The notes: generated from the letters alone by a model not told the origin. A stretch of DNA of 64,000 bases from Zootoca vivipara (GCF_963506605.1 NC_083285.1:30132001-30196000); one strand, 5' to 3'. Shown: positions 1 to 27,920, numbered from the stretch's first letter. Made by a program: numbers and translations.

Positions 1-1176
1 TTAAAACTATCTTTATTATTAATGAGGGAAAGAATAGCTTTACCTTTCTTGTACAATTAACAGACACTGCACCACTTTCCCCCAGCCGAGTCCCTTATGA
101 TGGTGTGGTGTTCCTAAGAAGGGACACTCATACTTTGCTCCAGACTGACGTGCATAACCAGTCCTGTTCCCCATTCGTTCTGTCTCTACCCCCACAGCTG
201 CTTTCAGCAATTGATCATTCTCCCCCCACCAGATGCTCACAACACTTTTTCCTTCCTCATTAGCCCTCCATTCCTTCTCTTCATCTCCCAAGTCTAACAG
301 TTCAAACAGTTACTTTCCCAATATTCTGAGTCCTTTAGCGGCAGTTGCCAAGCTGGCCCAGGCTGCCGCATCCCCCATTTCTCACATTAGTACTTATCCC
401 TGTTTTTCCTAGGCAACTGGCCTTATGAAATATATTAAAACCAAAATAGGAACATTAAACAAACATCTCATCACAAAACTACACAAATATACATATATCA
501 TCTGCCACATTACATACCCTCCAGTTTTCTTTAGTCAGTCTTCAGGCACTTCGGATTAAGTAGATTTTTACCGCTTACTTATACTTTTGCACTGAGGTGT
601 TATGGAAGCCCCCACCTCCACCCATGAATTCAACAACAGACTTCAGATTATTCAGTTTGCAAATGTATGTCTCCTTTCCATAATACTCCCAGATTAACAT
701 TCTTCAAACCACCTTTGTAGTTGCACAGCTTTGTTCCAACTTAGAGAAATTTACTGTGCTTGTGGAACCAATATTTTATCCAACCAACTTTGGATAAAAT
801 TCCATTCAATTCATGGGATTGCTGAGCAGTCTTCCTCTCTGCTTGCCAACTTGTGCCACTATCTTCCAACATCTGAGCCCAATCTTGCATAACTTCCTAT
901 GGTGCACATTCAGTCTTTCTCAACCTTTCAAAACACCTCCATGCAAATTTGGCAGATCCGATTGTACCCACTAAATAACACACACACACCTGATGCCGCC
1001 CCAATTTTAAGATGTTGTTCCTGGCTCATTTTTCCTTGGCCACAGAAATCAATAGATAACTTAATTTGTCTAGTTTAGTTCTGACGAACTAGAGTAAAAT
1101 CCTTCTGAACATTTCATTGGAACAATTTTGAAATTTCAAAAACATCATCCTAACATGACACGCTAGAAAAATATTA

Positions 1177-16334
<15,158 letters not shown>

Positions 16335-16629
16335 TTGAATTCAGGTATTAACTACCTGGGGGGGGGAAGGAAAGCAAAAAAAGGTTATTCTCCCAGGATG
16401 GGAGAAAAAATGACTTGTGCTAAGACGGATATTAACAAAACAGTATTTCCCATAATACAGCAATTAATTCCCTCCTGAACTGCACTTCTCCCCATAAGCA
16501 TTCAATTCCGTTACCAATTTATTGTTTAAAATGAGAGCATCTATCAGCTTTAACAAATTTCATACTTCAGGCTCAACCAGATGCAGCTTGAAACCAGAGT
16601 CTCAAAAACCATCCTTGGATACTCTAAGT

Positions 16630-16765
16630 CAGGCATCCCCAAACTGCGGCCCTCCAGATGTTTTGGCCTACAACTCCCATGATCCCTAGCTAACAGGACC
16701 AGTGGTCAGGGATGATGGGAATTGTAGTCCAAAACACCTGGAGGGCCGCAGTTTGGGGATGCCTG
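16630..16765. mobile_element. 136-bp hAT-type MITE
   Basis: TIR CAGGCATCCCCAAACT; TSD CTCTAAGT at 16622-16629 and 16766-16773. Confidence 0.9.
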
Positions 16766-17719
16766 CTCTAAGTTCTAAATTTTCATTTCAACATACAAGC
16801 ACAAATAAGCCATTACACCATGAAGGACTTTTTCTGCAGTTTTATTCAATTTTCTCATATTCATGCAACAAATAAATTAACTCAGGGATACATGCTCACT
16901 ACATAGAACAAACCAGTTAAATGTACAGTACTAAAAATAATGAAACCTCTATTTATATGGGTACCAATGCAAAGTAGTCAGAAGGGTGACTGAGTTGTTT
17001 CAACTATGATGTAGTGTGCTTGCAAGCATGCATAGAACAGAATACAAGAGGGAGTATGACATGAAAGTAAGAAATATTGTATGGGGGGGGTCCTCTCTCA
17101 GGGCACCATACTGTATTACCAAAGTCCACCCCTGAACATAGTTTCCATGATGGCTAGTAGCCACTGATTCCCTTGGAAGCCTCAGTTAGGGTTAGGGTTC
17201 TGCTGTCCTTTGAGGACACTGATTCATCTCTCATGGTGGCAGAGCCAGTAACTATGGAAGGGCTAGCCAGGCTTTTTGTCCCAGGGTTAAGTGAGGGGTG
17301 TCATTGAGGCTCCCAGCCTCTCTCTGTGTGTACACATGTACGCAAAAAAGCATTTTGGAGGGGGTGCCAAACTGGGTCTTTGGGGTGAAATAAAGCCTAC
17401 CAGTTTTGCCCCTGCTGGTGGGAAACGCTGTAACCCTGTCTGAGACCATAGAACAGGGCTGGTAATAAAATATATTTTAACAAAATCGTAGAATTAAACC
17501 AGCAGACCTGTTTACAGAACCACAGAATGGCAGAGTTGGAAGGGACCCTCTTCTGATCATCTACTCCCCTCCCGCGACAACATATTATATCTGCAAATAA
17601 ATGTATTGGGGGGCTGCCCTGCAGCTGAAGGACAGTTTTTAAAGTAACTTGGGAGTTAAAAGTGATCTAAAAGCAGGTGGGCCCCCTGGGACTTCCTTTG
17701 GGCTCTGCTACATATATAG

Positions 17720-18700
17720 TTAGCTTCGATCGCGGCGCCTTCGGGCACTTCGCTCGCGCACGGTCCCGTTTTCCCGCCACCAGAAGCGAGCGCGGCCATG
17801 GAGCTCTCTCACCACCGCCTGCTGCCGGGCTGGGGATCCGCGGCCAAGCACGGCGGCCGCCTCTCGGCGAACGCGGCTCCGTCCATGGCTCCTCGCTCTC
17901 CCTCGGCGAGGTCGGTGCGTGCGCGGGAGGAGGAGGGCGGCGAAGGCGGCCCGTAGTAGTCTAGGCTGCCCGTCAACAAATCTTTTCTCTCTTTCACATA
18001 CCACTCGGTGGAGGTACGACTTTGGTGCTAAGGGCGGCGGAGAAACGGCGGTTGGAATTTGAAAAGGCCCCGCTAGTTTGTCCGTTAACGGCTCCCGGGA
18101 AGGGATGCGTTGGGGGCGCGCCCCCGCGGTTGCCTAGGCCACCGGTAAACAAGACGGAACGCCGCTCCCTCCTCAACCGCCACTTCGGCGCGTTAAGTTG
18201 AAAAGGCGCCCCGAGAGGCAAACGGGGAGGCCGGGCGAGCGCCCTGATCTGCTCCTCTCACCTCAGCGACGACGTCCCTTCCTCCCTCGGCCTCTTCCCG
18301 CCTGGGCGCTTCCTTGTCCAGCCTCCTTCCCAGCCCCCAGCCCCCCCCCCGCTCTCTCTTCTTGGCTTGCTCCTCCGTGAGCTCCTCCCTAGGAAGCGGG
18401 TCTAGAGGTGCTGGTGCTGCCCTAGTAGGAGCGCAGTCACAGAGACCCGGGGGGATGTAGGGAAGCGGGCATCCACCCCACCTTCCCCTAAAATCGCAGA
18501 GCATTTGTAAAAATGCGGCAGCTCCTCTCTCACCTGGAGCTTGCGCACTTTTTTTTTTACCAGGCATACCTCCAAGCGGGAAGGAGGGGCGACTACTAAA
18601 GGCCACCGTTGCAACAACCTCTCTACTCCATACGCTGCTGCCATAACAACATCGCGGTGCTCGGGACAAGTTCCGGGGGTAATTCCACAAATCGGATTAC
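17720..18700 (-). promoter_or_regulatory. CpG island / CAPS2 promoter with candidate non-coding first exons
   Basis: GC- and CpG-dense block 1.4-2.4 kb upstream of the CAPS2 ATG exon, which itself begins at an acceptor (16355). Minus-strand GTGAGA donors end candidate exons at about 17813, 18262 and 18534. X-box-like GTTGCCTAGGCCAC at 18129-18142 and forkhead GTAAACA at 18145-18151. Confidence 0.75.
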
Positions 18701-20018
18701 GAGGTATATATGAGCCAACTTTTGCTATGATGATTGCCTTAAACTGCCTTAAACGGGCGGTCCTGGTTTGTGTGCTTTTATAAAGTTCCTGTACCAGCCA
18801 GCTTTCTCATAATGCAAGAAACTACTATTACACTCATGATCCCAAGCAAGCGTGGTGTTGTACGATGGAACCATATATATATACCGGTATATATATTTAC
18901 ACCCAGTCTGCAGGGCAATCCATGTCAGGTTTTTCTATCATGACAAAAAGTTTTTTTCCTCATAATGTATTTTATGCTGCTCTCAGTAATGGATACAATC
19001 TTGAAATTAAGTTTACTGTATGTAGAATACACAAGTGTGAATTCAAAGATAGCTTTATTTCTGTTAAATAAATCATGACAGTGTAATATGCCATGTTTTG
19101 TTGCTCATCTGAGGATGCATTTACCTGATTTTAAGACCTACTAAGGAAAAGATTATTATTATTACGTAAAACCACCTATGATTAATACTTCTTCAATCCT
19201 ACTGAAGCCCTACGTAAAAAAGATTTGTCATAGAATTCTGTCTTCATAGTATTTGCAGGGATCAAATAAGTAAGAAATATTTTTCCTCAAATTTCAAACT
19301 TAGGGAACATTTTCCATCTGTTTTTGTCCACTTATACCTAAATATGGATTATATGACACCCCATCAGGTAAGTTACAACATTTCACTATTGTTAGCTAGT
19401 CAGTTTTTCAGTACTTCTGATGCTCTATACAATTTTCAGGGAGGCTGGCAAAAATTATTAAGATTGAGGTAACAGAATCATAGAATTGTACAGTTGGAAG
19501 GGACCAATTCCCTGCAATGCAGGAATCTTTCACCCAACACGAGGCTCATGCTCTACCAACTAAGCTATCCCAGTACTGTACCTTTCCACAGTGAATTGTA
19601 TAAAGTTTCCAGAGTATTTCAATTGTTTCATAACAAAAGAAAAACAAAACAGGACTCACTGCTTGTCAGTACACAGTATTGGCTCAAAATCTTTTCTGTT
19701 GAGACATTCATGTGAAACATGTAGACTTTAAAAGTAAGAAATTGAAAAAAAATGTATACAACATAATCTGTTACCATTCCTTGACTTTAATAGTTGTAAA
19801 AAAAATGTTGCATCTTTACAGTGTAGTGGAATACTATACTGTATAGAGCTTTTAGTGTAATATATACAGAAATACCTTTATATAGAATAAATAGAAAAGT
19901 TTCATAAATATATTGTATCAATGCATATTGCAGCAAATGTGAACCTGTTCCATAATAATTTAAAAGTGCATTATAATATGTGCAATAATTCATCACAAGT
20001 TTTTAAATATGATTTATC

Positions 20019-23000
20019 TTATCTATCTAATTCATTTTTAATACGTCGTCTTAACCCAGTCTCTGGTTCTGCTGTTTCTTGATCAATTACTTCATCATCT
20101 TCCATCTTCTTTGGGTCTTCTGTTGGACTAAGCAAGAACTCATGATCATAGTGCTTATGCACCTCTTCATCACAGTGTTCCTCAATATCTTCAAACAGCT
20201 CTTTATGCCCACAGTTTTCATTATCACCCTCACCCATCTCTGCCTCAGGATGTGAACTGAATGACTGAATAAGATCTTCAAGCCGCTCTTGGCAAGTGTG
20301 GCTAACGTCTGAATTTCCCAAAAAAAAAAAAACGGGGAGGGGAGAAAATGAGAGATTTAAAATTATAATTAAGTCCACTGTGTGTATAATAATTAAAACA
20401 GAGCTGCTATCAGAGAATTGCAAATGAGCAACCAGCTTTATTAGATGGCAGTATACACTACATTAAAGTATACAGTTCTTTAACTTGTCTATTAAATCGT
20501 AAGTCATGTTTCTTTTGTTCTGTAGCATAAACAAATATTTAGATAATTCACAGGTCCATCTTCCTCTATAAAAATGAGTGAGGAACACCATAGAAGCTGC
20601 AGATCTGCATCCACTAATAATGTAATGAAAGGGTGGGCAACCTTTGGCCTGTCCTCCCCTGTTTTCCCCAAACCACACCTATCGGCCCTACACCTTATGT
20701 CAAAGCTTTCCAAACTTTTCATGTTGGTGACACACTTTTTAGACATGCATCATTTCACAACACAGTAATTCAGTTTTACTAGCAAACCAGAGGTTAAACT
20801 AACCTCTTTCCAGCACTGGGAGGAGCACAGGAAGTGTTCACACAACACCCCTACACATGTTGCGACACAGTTTGGAAAGTTCTGCCTTATGTCATATATG
20901 GTCAGGTAGCGGCACAGCTGGATCAGCTGCATGCCTAAGTATTCCATGGCAAACTCAATAGCACCACTGATTTATGCAGAAAGCAGGGTTGAAGTCACAG
21001 CCTATCAGCCAATGGGCAGTGAGTTCAAGCCTGCTAAATTAGCTGACTGTGCTCCCAGCCCTATGCTCAGCACTGTGGTCCCCAAGTGTCCAACAAACAG
21101 CTGAGTGTTAGACACTTGGAAACTACTGGACAAGGACTTGGGACAGGTTGGCAGGACAGCCTGGCTGTTGAAGCTGGACAACATAGGTGGGGACAAATAG
21201 CAATTTGGCCTGCTGGGCTAAAAAGTTTCCCCACCCCTGAGCTAATGGGAAGGTATGCTGTGCCCTCTAATTGCTTAGAAAGAACAATACTACACTATAC
21301 CACCAAGTCATACAAATATGTCAAGACCTGCAAAATCATATGCAAAACCTTCAGCCAGAGTCTCAAGCAGGGGTTATTACAGTGTGATTTTAACATATTA
21401 AACATGTAAGTACCTTCTGGTTTCATTGTTGATTTGTCCAATCCACTTTCTTTCATCAGCTTCCTAATGGACTCAAGCTGTACCATAATTTCATCTTTCT
21501 GTTCCGAAGCCAAGGCATTAATGCTGACATGAAATTAATTGAAAAGTCAGCAGGTAGTAATAGGGAACAGCTGTTAATATGCCACCAAAATACTTTTTCT
21601 AGCCCTCTTATAAGAAAACTCTTAATTATATATTCTTATGACAGCACTTAAAAATCAGACAGGTTGTGGAAACATCTTTCAACTATGCCAGTCACTAGGG
21701 ACCACCTTTCATCACATCAAGGAAGCAATAGGAATTCTCCTGCTGTCAGGATTCTGCAATCCAGATTAAAACCACAGACACAAACTGGCAAGTGCAAAGA
21801 AGCAAACAACATTGTATTGATAATACAGGCACAAAACCTAACTGCATCTGCCATGATGTGGCCAGAAGCTGATAAATGGATCTATGTAATATTGCTCAAG
21901 ATAAGGGACCCAGGTGGCTCTTTGGGTTAAACCACTGAGCCTAGGGCTTGCTGATCAGAAGGTCAGCGGTTTGAATCCCTGTGGCGGGGTGAGCTCCCGT
22001 TGCTCGGTCCCAGCTCCTGCCAACCTAGCAGTTCGAAAGCACATCAAAATGCAAGTAGATAAATAGGAAGGTAAACGGCGGGAAGGTAAACGGCGTTTCC
22101 GTGTGCTGCTCTGGTTCGCCAGAAGTGGCTTTGTCATGCTGGCCACATGACCTGGAAACTATACGCTGGCTCCCTCGGCCAATAATGCGAGATGAGCGCA
22201 CAACCCCAGAGTCGGTCACAACTGGACCAAATGGTCAGGGGTCCCTTTACCTTAATATTGCTCAAGACACATGCAAAAGAAGAGGTCCAAGATATACTCA
22301 AACTCTCATCTACTGTACTTATCTACCACTGTTAGTCTAATAAATGTTTAAATGGATCATTCAAGTGATACTGGTATAATTTATTTTTCAATCGTAAAAT
22401 ATTCAGATCTGTAAGTACTCCAAATGCATGAAAAGCCTGTATGAAGAAAACTTAACATTGGCACCTTGTAATTTGAATTACTCATCCAATCTTGTGTAGC
22501 CTGCCTTGCCAGAATGCTATTTAGGGTCTAGGAAGGGAGTGTAAAGATTGTTCCAGGATTATTATTTTTTATATTGTCAATTATTGTTAATGCAGAAAAT
22601 ATGGAGACAGCAAGGCAATTCACATGCTAATATTCTTGTGATGTTTAATCACATTTACCAATTCACAATTGTCTTGAGAGCTGAAATATTACTAAATCAA
22701 ATCTCCACCAAAATACTCACCAGCTTGAAAGTGGATCTAACTGATTCAATAAAGAATTTAACATTTTCTCTGTCTGTGCTAGATGTTGCTCCAACTCCAT
22801 AAGCTGGCGTTCTACAAGTGAGAACAAATACTTTTAAATCAGTGTTGCTAATAGGTATTTAAAAACCAATAATCTATATATCTACTTTTCAAGAGGAGCT
22901 ATGTAATTGGACTAAAGCATTCAAGGGCTGTAATCTTAAACCTACCGTATTTTTTAATAATAATAAAAAAACTAAGTTTCACTGAACTCAGTAGAATTTA

Positions 23001-26000
23001 CTTCAGGATAAACATGCCTGGGACTGCACAATAAATAATATAATGAAGAGAAAATTTGAAAAGGCCATTTTACCAGCAAAATTTGCTAGGAAAAAACAGC
23101 TTCACTTATTTGATTAAATGAGCAGCATTTGATCTGACAGACATTTTTTCCTAAAAACCAAATACACATTAAGTAATGCATTCCCCCACATTATCAACAC
23201 TCCCAAGAATTCTGTTCTCCAAAGTAGATTGCTCTAGTCTGTGCTAAGGAATAATGATACAAAGTAGCTTTGCCATAACTATCAGTAAGCAGTGAGTGGA
23301 ATGCATTTTCAGGAATGCACTCAACTCGAAAAACAGCAGCCCAAAAAGCAATTAAGATTATACAATTCTAGCAATTTGATTGCTGTTCACACAAACGGGA
23401 AGAGAAGGGCTGTAGAAAAAAATCTATCAAGCTTCTTAAGCTGAGGTGTGATTGCCTGAACTACTATGTCCAAACTATATGATAAAGATCTCTAGGCCTG
23501 AGATTTCTGAACAAACTTCTACCTGTTTCTTTTGTCTTAACTTCTGTAGTTTTTTCTTTCTTGGACAAGCTTTCCTCTTGAGATTTCATCTACAAAAAAG
23601 TAAACAAAATTTACCACAAAAGCTTTTAATATTGAAAATAACTAAACCTCAAGAAAATGTTTCACTCATTTAAATTAATGTGAAGACACGAGGCAGGTAA
23701 TAATACTTTATCTTGGAAATAAAGTGTAATCCAAAATATATTTCCCCATCTGCTTAATTTAGGTTCCAGCCTCTTTATTCTCACTGACTTCACTATGACA
23801 AAACCAGCATCAATCCAAAGTTTCCAGTTGAACTAAGCTGAAAACGAGTCCCTTCCTAGTCATGATGTTTTAACTTACAGTTCAGTTTTACTGATTTAGT
23901 CATACCGATTTTAGTATAATTTCTTATTCCAGATACAATCCTAAGATTAAAATTCCCACTGCTACGATCAAAATTCCCACTGTCTACGGCCATACTACCC
24001 TGAACACGCCCGATCTCGTCTGATCTCGGAAGCTAAGCAGGGTCAGGCCTGGTTAGTACTTGGATGGGAGAACCTAGTATGCCAATGAATATTTCAAGTG
24101 TTGCTGGAGAAATACACTTCTCTGCTTGGTTATCATTTCCACTTGCACTATCTGTAGACACCCTTTCCTGTGATGCAGGCAACCTTCTAAGCAAGGGGTT
24201 GCCACCATTACACAGACAGAGGAATGAGTTTAATGCTTATTCTAGCTTTGGAGCAGAGCACTTGGTAGAGTCGGAAAGGCCCAACCACCTCCAACTCCAG
24301 TTGGCTTTGCTGTTGACTTCTCTCCTTTTTGTAGGCAATAATTTTTCTAGGCATAGCTTGCGGCTATGTTTGTTTTACTGCCTGCTGGCGCATAAAGTAG
24401 GAAGCTACTTGAGGGGTCTCAGCTGAATATGGTGGTGAGGGGAGGATGTGGCATCCTAAATAGTAGTAGTAGTAGTAGTAGTAATTTATACCCTGCACAT
24501 CTGGCTGGGTTTCCCCAGCCATTCTGGGTGGCTTCCAACAAAAGATTAAAAATACATTAAAAGATCAGTCATTAAAAACTTCCCTAAACAGGGCTGCCTT
24601 CAGATGTCTTCTAAATGTCAGATAGTTGTTAATTTCTTTGACATCTGATGGGAGGACGTTCCATGGGGCGGACGCCACTACTGAGAAGGCCCTCTGCCTA
24701 GTTCCCTGTAACTTCACTTCTCGCAGTGAGGGAATCTTGTCTTGTTTCTGCTTTGCGTCAGAACAGAGACTGTTCTAAAAGCTATGTGCAAAGGCATCAT
24801 TATCATCACCTTTTCCTGCATTGTTCCAAAGTTGTTTGGGAGTGGGGCATGTTTGTGGCATTATCATTACGCACATGACTGAACAAATCCCAGTTCTGTA
24901 CAATTACGTGGATCATAAATTCTCTTGCTTACTAATAGTTACCTTTAAGAACTTGTATAAAGCAAATACACCCACACCAACAGCATACAAGGGCATGAGT
25001 GTTAAAGCAAAGTCTTTGCCATTCCCTCTAGTCCTCTCAGTCTTCATCTCCTTCTCCATTGCATTTCTCATTTGTTGGATGCTTTGGTATGTTTTGCTTT
25101 CAGAACCCTCTGAATTCATCTGTGACTGCAAGATTCTCTCAGATCCACCTGAAAAACAAATCATACATACATGTATGTAATACATACATACATGTGTGTA
25201 ATACATACATGTGTGGGGTTTACTCATGAGTGTAGGAAAGAATAGCAAAAGGGGAAAAGAAAGACAGACAGATACTTTGACCTGCAAAGCCTGTGGAGTA
25301 AGTGCGACCCCGCATTTACCCCTCAGGTCATTTTTATTACAATCAGAACACGTCACAGATTTCAAACGCTCCAATGACAATTCATTCAGCTTTCCCCAGC
25401 TCCTCCCAAAGGTTCCCAAATGGCAGGAAGGTGGGATACTTGCCTGAAAGCAACTCAGGATGAAACGTGAGTTTTAAGTATAGAGAAATGGAGACTTAAG
25501 CATCCTGTGGACTTTATATCGCAAATCTTACATTCTATAACCCAGGTGGAAAAAGTCTGACATAATGAATTATAAAATTCAGATCATCCTCTTCAACCAC
25601 ACACATGATCATAAATCTATTATTTCTTTCAATAAATCCCTGGGATGCTACTGCTACATATATGCACATACAAACAGGTGGAAATAAAAAACATGAGAAG
25701 TGCGCAAGTCTGTGAAGAAGAGAATTGTTCTGCAGCATGGAGAAATAAGCTTCACTGTGATAAGCAATTCTAGGTACAGCCTCAATGTATTAATGTGAGA
25801 TTGGCTGATGCTAATGAACATGGCAAGAGGCTTCTCCACTCCACTCTTAAAATTAGCCCCTCTTAAAAACTCTTATAAGTCTCCTCTTTGCAGATGGAGC
25901 TCTGCGGTCAGAGTCACATAAGACACAGGAATTGGCTGGGAATGTTTTAATTTCATTTTGTGCTATACTGTATGTTGACATTTTGTTTGATTTTATGTCC

Positions 26001-27136
26001 TGCTGGAGCTTGAAAGACTTCTATACTTTAGCCATCTTGTTATAATGGAAAAGCTGGAGTGGTACCTATTTATCTACTTGCACTCTGATGTGCTTTTGAA
26101 CTGCTACTGGTAGGTTGGCAGGAGCAGGGACCAAGCAACAGGAGCTCACCCCGTCGCAGGGATTCGAACCGCTGACCTTCTGATCGGCAAGCCCTAGGCT
26201 CTGTGGTTTAACCCACAGTGCCACCCGCGTCCCACACAAAAAAAGATAGCTTAAATCTGAACTAAGGAGACATACCTCATGCTGCTATAGAAATGTCTGA
26301 AATTTTAATTTCTAATTTTCTTGATGGATTTTAGGCCAAAAGGAAGTTAGCCAGGCTTTCCCCCTGAAAATAATGATCTTCCAAGACTTTATCAATATTA
26401 AGAACATAGAAACAAAAGTGGGTTTTTCTCATTCTGCCCATCTATACCCTAGAAGTTGTGTTTCCCAGAATGCATAAAAGGCAGAAAACACCAGTTTTTC
26501 ACCTTCCTTGGGACTAATTCAATACTACCACTCGANNNNNNNNNNNNNNNNNNNNNNNNNNNNNNNNNNNNNNNNNNNNNNNNNNNNNNNNNNNNNNNNN
26601 NNNNNNNNNNNNNNNNNNNNNNNNNNNNNNNNNNNNNNNNNNNNNNNNNNNNNNNNNNNNNNNNNNNNNNNNNNNNNNNNNNNNGAAGGTAACATCCAAA
26701 CGTTGGAGCTCTTCGTAGCACACTAACAACATAAGAGACGCCAATGACCGTTAATGCCCAGCATCACCTTTCTCCTCCAGTATCACCCATGCCTACCTTT
26801 ACAACAAAAAAATCTTTTAAAATGGGGGCGGGACTTAAGGAAGATGGCTTGCAAAAATGAACTTCTTGAAAGAAAAACACCGTTCGCTAACTAGTCTAAT
26901 GAAGCTCCCTCGTTTCCCTCTGTAACCGGACTGAAGGGATGGGACGGGGACGGGGACGGGGAAGGTGGCTGACACCACATACCGTGGCGCTGCTGATGGA
27001 GATCGTGGCGACCAGGGGAGGCCTTGGCCCCTCGCGGGGACCTGCCGCTTCCGCCGAACATCCTCGGCATGACCACGAAAACGCAGAGCACCAGCAAGAC
27101 GGAGATGAACACCTGCTGCACCGACGACAGCACCAT
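20019..27136 (-). CDS. RIC3/CCDC107-family membrane coiled-coil protein, complete, 6 exons, 305 aa
   Basis: Exons 26983-27136, 24943-25148, 23523-23589, 22721-22811, 21414-21523, 20019-20308 (918 nt, GT-AG, phases 1/0/1/2/1, no stops). N-terminal hydrophobic MVLSSVQQVFISVLLVLCVFVVMPRMF (RIC3-like), TM segment LMPLYAVGVGVFALYKFLK, coiled coil ELEQHLAQTEKMLNSLLNQLDPL (CCDC107-like), acidic tail ending GLRRRIKNELDR. Confidence 0.88.
21905..22252 (+). mobile_element. Sauria SINE, full length
   Basis: Homologous to 9302-9641; TSD TAATATTGCTCAAGA at 21887-21901 and 22253-22267. Confidence 0.9.
23982..24071 (+). pseudogene. 3'-truncated 5S rRNA copy (first about 90 nt)
   Basis: GTCTACGGCCATAC.ACCCTGAAC.CGCCCGATCTCGTCTGATCTCGGAAGCTAAGCAGGGTC.GGCCTGGTTAGTACTTGGATGGGAGA then diverges; lacks the last about 30 nt and the oligo-T terminator. 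Confidence 0.92.
24460..24735 (-). mobile_element. LINE 3'-end fragment (probably L2/CR1 clade) with trinucleotide tail
   Basis: TTAAAAACTTCCCTAAACAGGGCTGCCTT..AGATGTCTTCTAAA recurs at about 42240-42415 and, inverted, at 43205-43350 where it ends in (AAT)n. Confidence 0.6.
26054..26233 (-). mobile_element. Sauria SINE, 5' half
   Basis: Reverse complement of the SINE head and body. Confidence 0.85.
26536..26684. other. Assembly gap (149 N) in intron 1 of the RIC3-like gene
   Basis: Run of N. Confidence 0.99.
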
Positions 27137-27920
27137 CGCGATGGCAGCGGGGAAAGGAGCAGCAAGAACGGCAGCAGCGGAGGAAACAACCGAAAGGAGA
27201 AGCAGAGGGCGGCAAACGGCCCTCGGCCAGCCGGGAATCGTCGAGCGGTTCGTGTCGGCTTCGTCCACCGGAAAGACGCCTGGGGAAAGCGAGAGTCAGG
27301 AGCGAGGGAAGTTAGGCGAGGAAACCATAAACGTGGGAAGGGTGACTTCCGGCCCCGCGACGCCTCCGCTTTTCCTTTCTGGTGCCCCCTGGCGGGCTCC
27401 AGGCGACACGGAAAAGCGAAGTGCCTTTTGCCTCCATAGGAAATTAGAGAGCGATGTTAGCTAGTTCAACTCGGGGCCTAATCGGCTCTCTGAGGAAAAC
27501 TTAGCGGAGGGGAAATCTGCGCGGCTACTGCCGATTGCCTTTACTGTATCCCTCTTCCTGTGGGCGGGAACATCATCCCGAGGCGGAGACCGTTAGGGCA
27601 ACGGTCGCTGCGCGCTCTGTCCAGCCCGCGCGTTCCTGTCAGGGCGCAGCGGCCATGAGGCGGTTGTGGCCGTGGCTCGTCTTGGGGCTGGTCGTCCCCG
27701 AGGAGGAGCCCATCCAGCAGAAATTCCGAACCTACCCCCAGATTACTGACCAGACCTTTATCCGTCAGTACCTGGACGCCCACAACAACTTCCGCGCCAG
27801 GGTCCAGCCCACTGCTTCCAACATGCTGTACATGGTGTGTCCCCGGCGCGGGGTGGAAGGAGGAAAGGGAGTTGTGGGCGAAGCCGGGGTGTGGGTGTGC
27901 AGGCAGGGGGCAGTGCTGGA
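26880..27920. promoter_or_regulatory. CpG island / bidirectional promoter between the RIC3-like gene and GLIPR1-like copy A
   Basis: Divergent ATGs at 27136 (-) and 27655 (+), 518 bp apart, in one CpG-rich block; ETS/GABP-type ACTTCCGG at 27345-27352. Confidence 0.75.

Noticed and set aside
40-960. Possible decayed LTR-retroelement gag remnant on the minus strand (WNFIQSWLDK / YW.., Cys/His-containing ORF 40-291)
   Set aside because: Only fragmentary motif resemblance across stops and frameshifts; no LTR or pol seen. Needs a TBLASTN/HMM search.
17677-18783. Overlapping ORFs of 60-165 aa on both strands
   Set aside because: Expected in stop-poor CpG-island DNA; no recognisable protein family. 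The same applies to ORFs near 27, 37.5, 47.5, 60 and 63 kb other than the exon 1 frames.
23982-24071. Functional 5S rRNA gene
   Set aside because: Single copy, missing the 3' quarter and the terminator.
26449-26744. ORFs containing runs of X
   Set aside because: Artefacts of the assembly gap.
26891-27268. Longer N-terminus for the RIC3-like protein from the ORF track
   Set aside because: The upstream start is a GTG; family similarity begins at ATG 27136.
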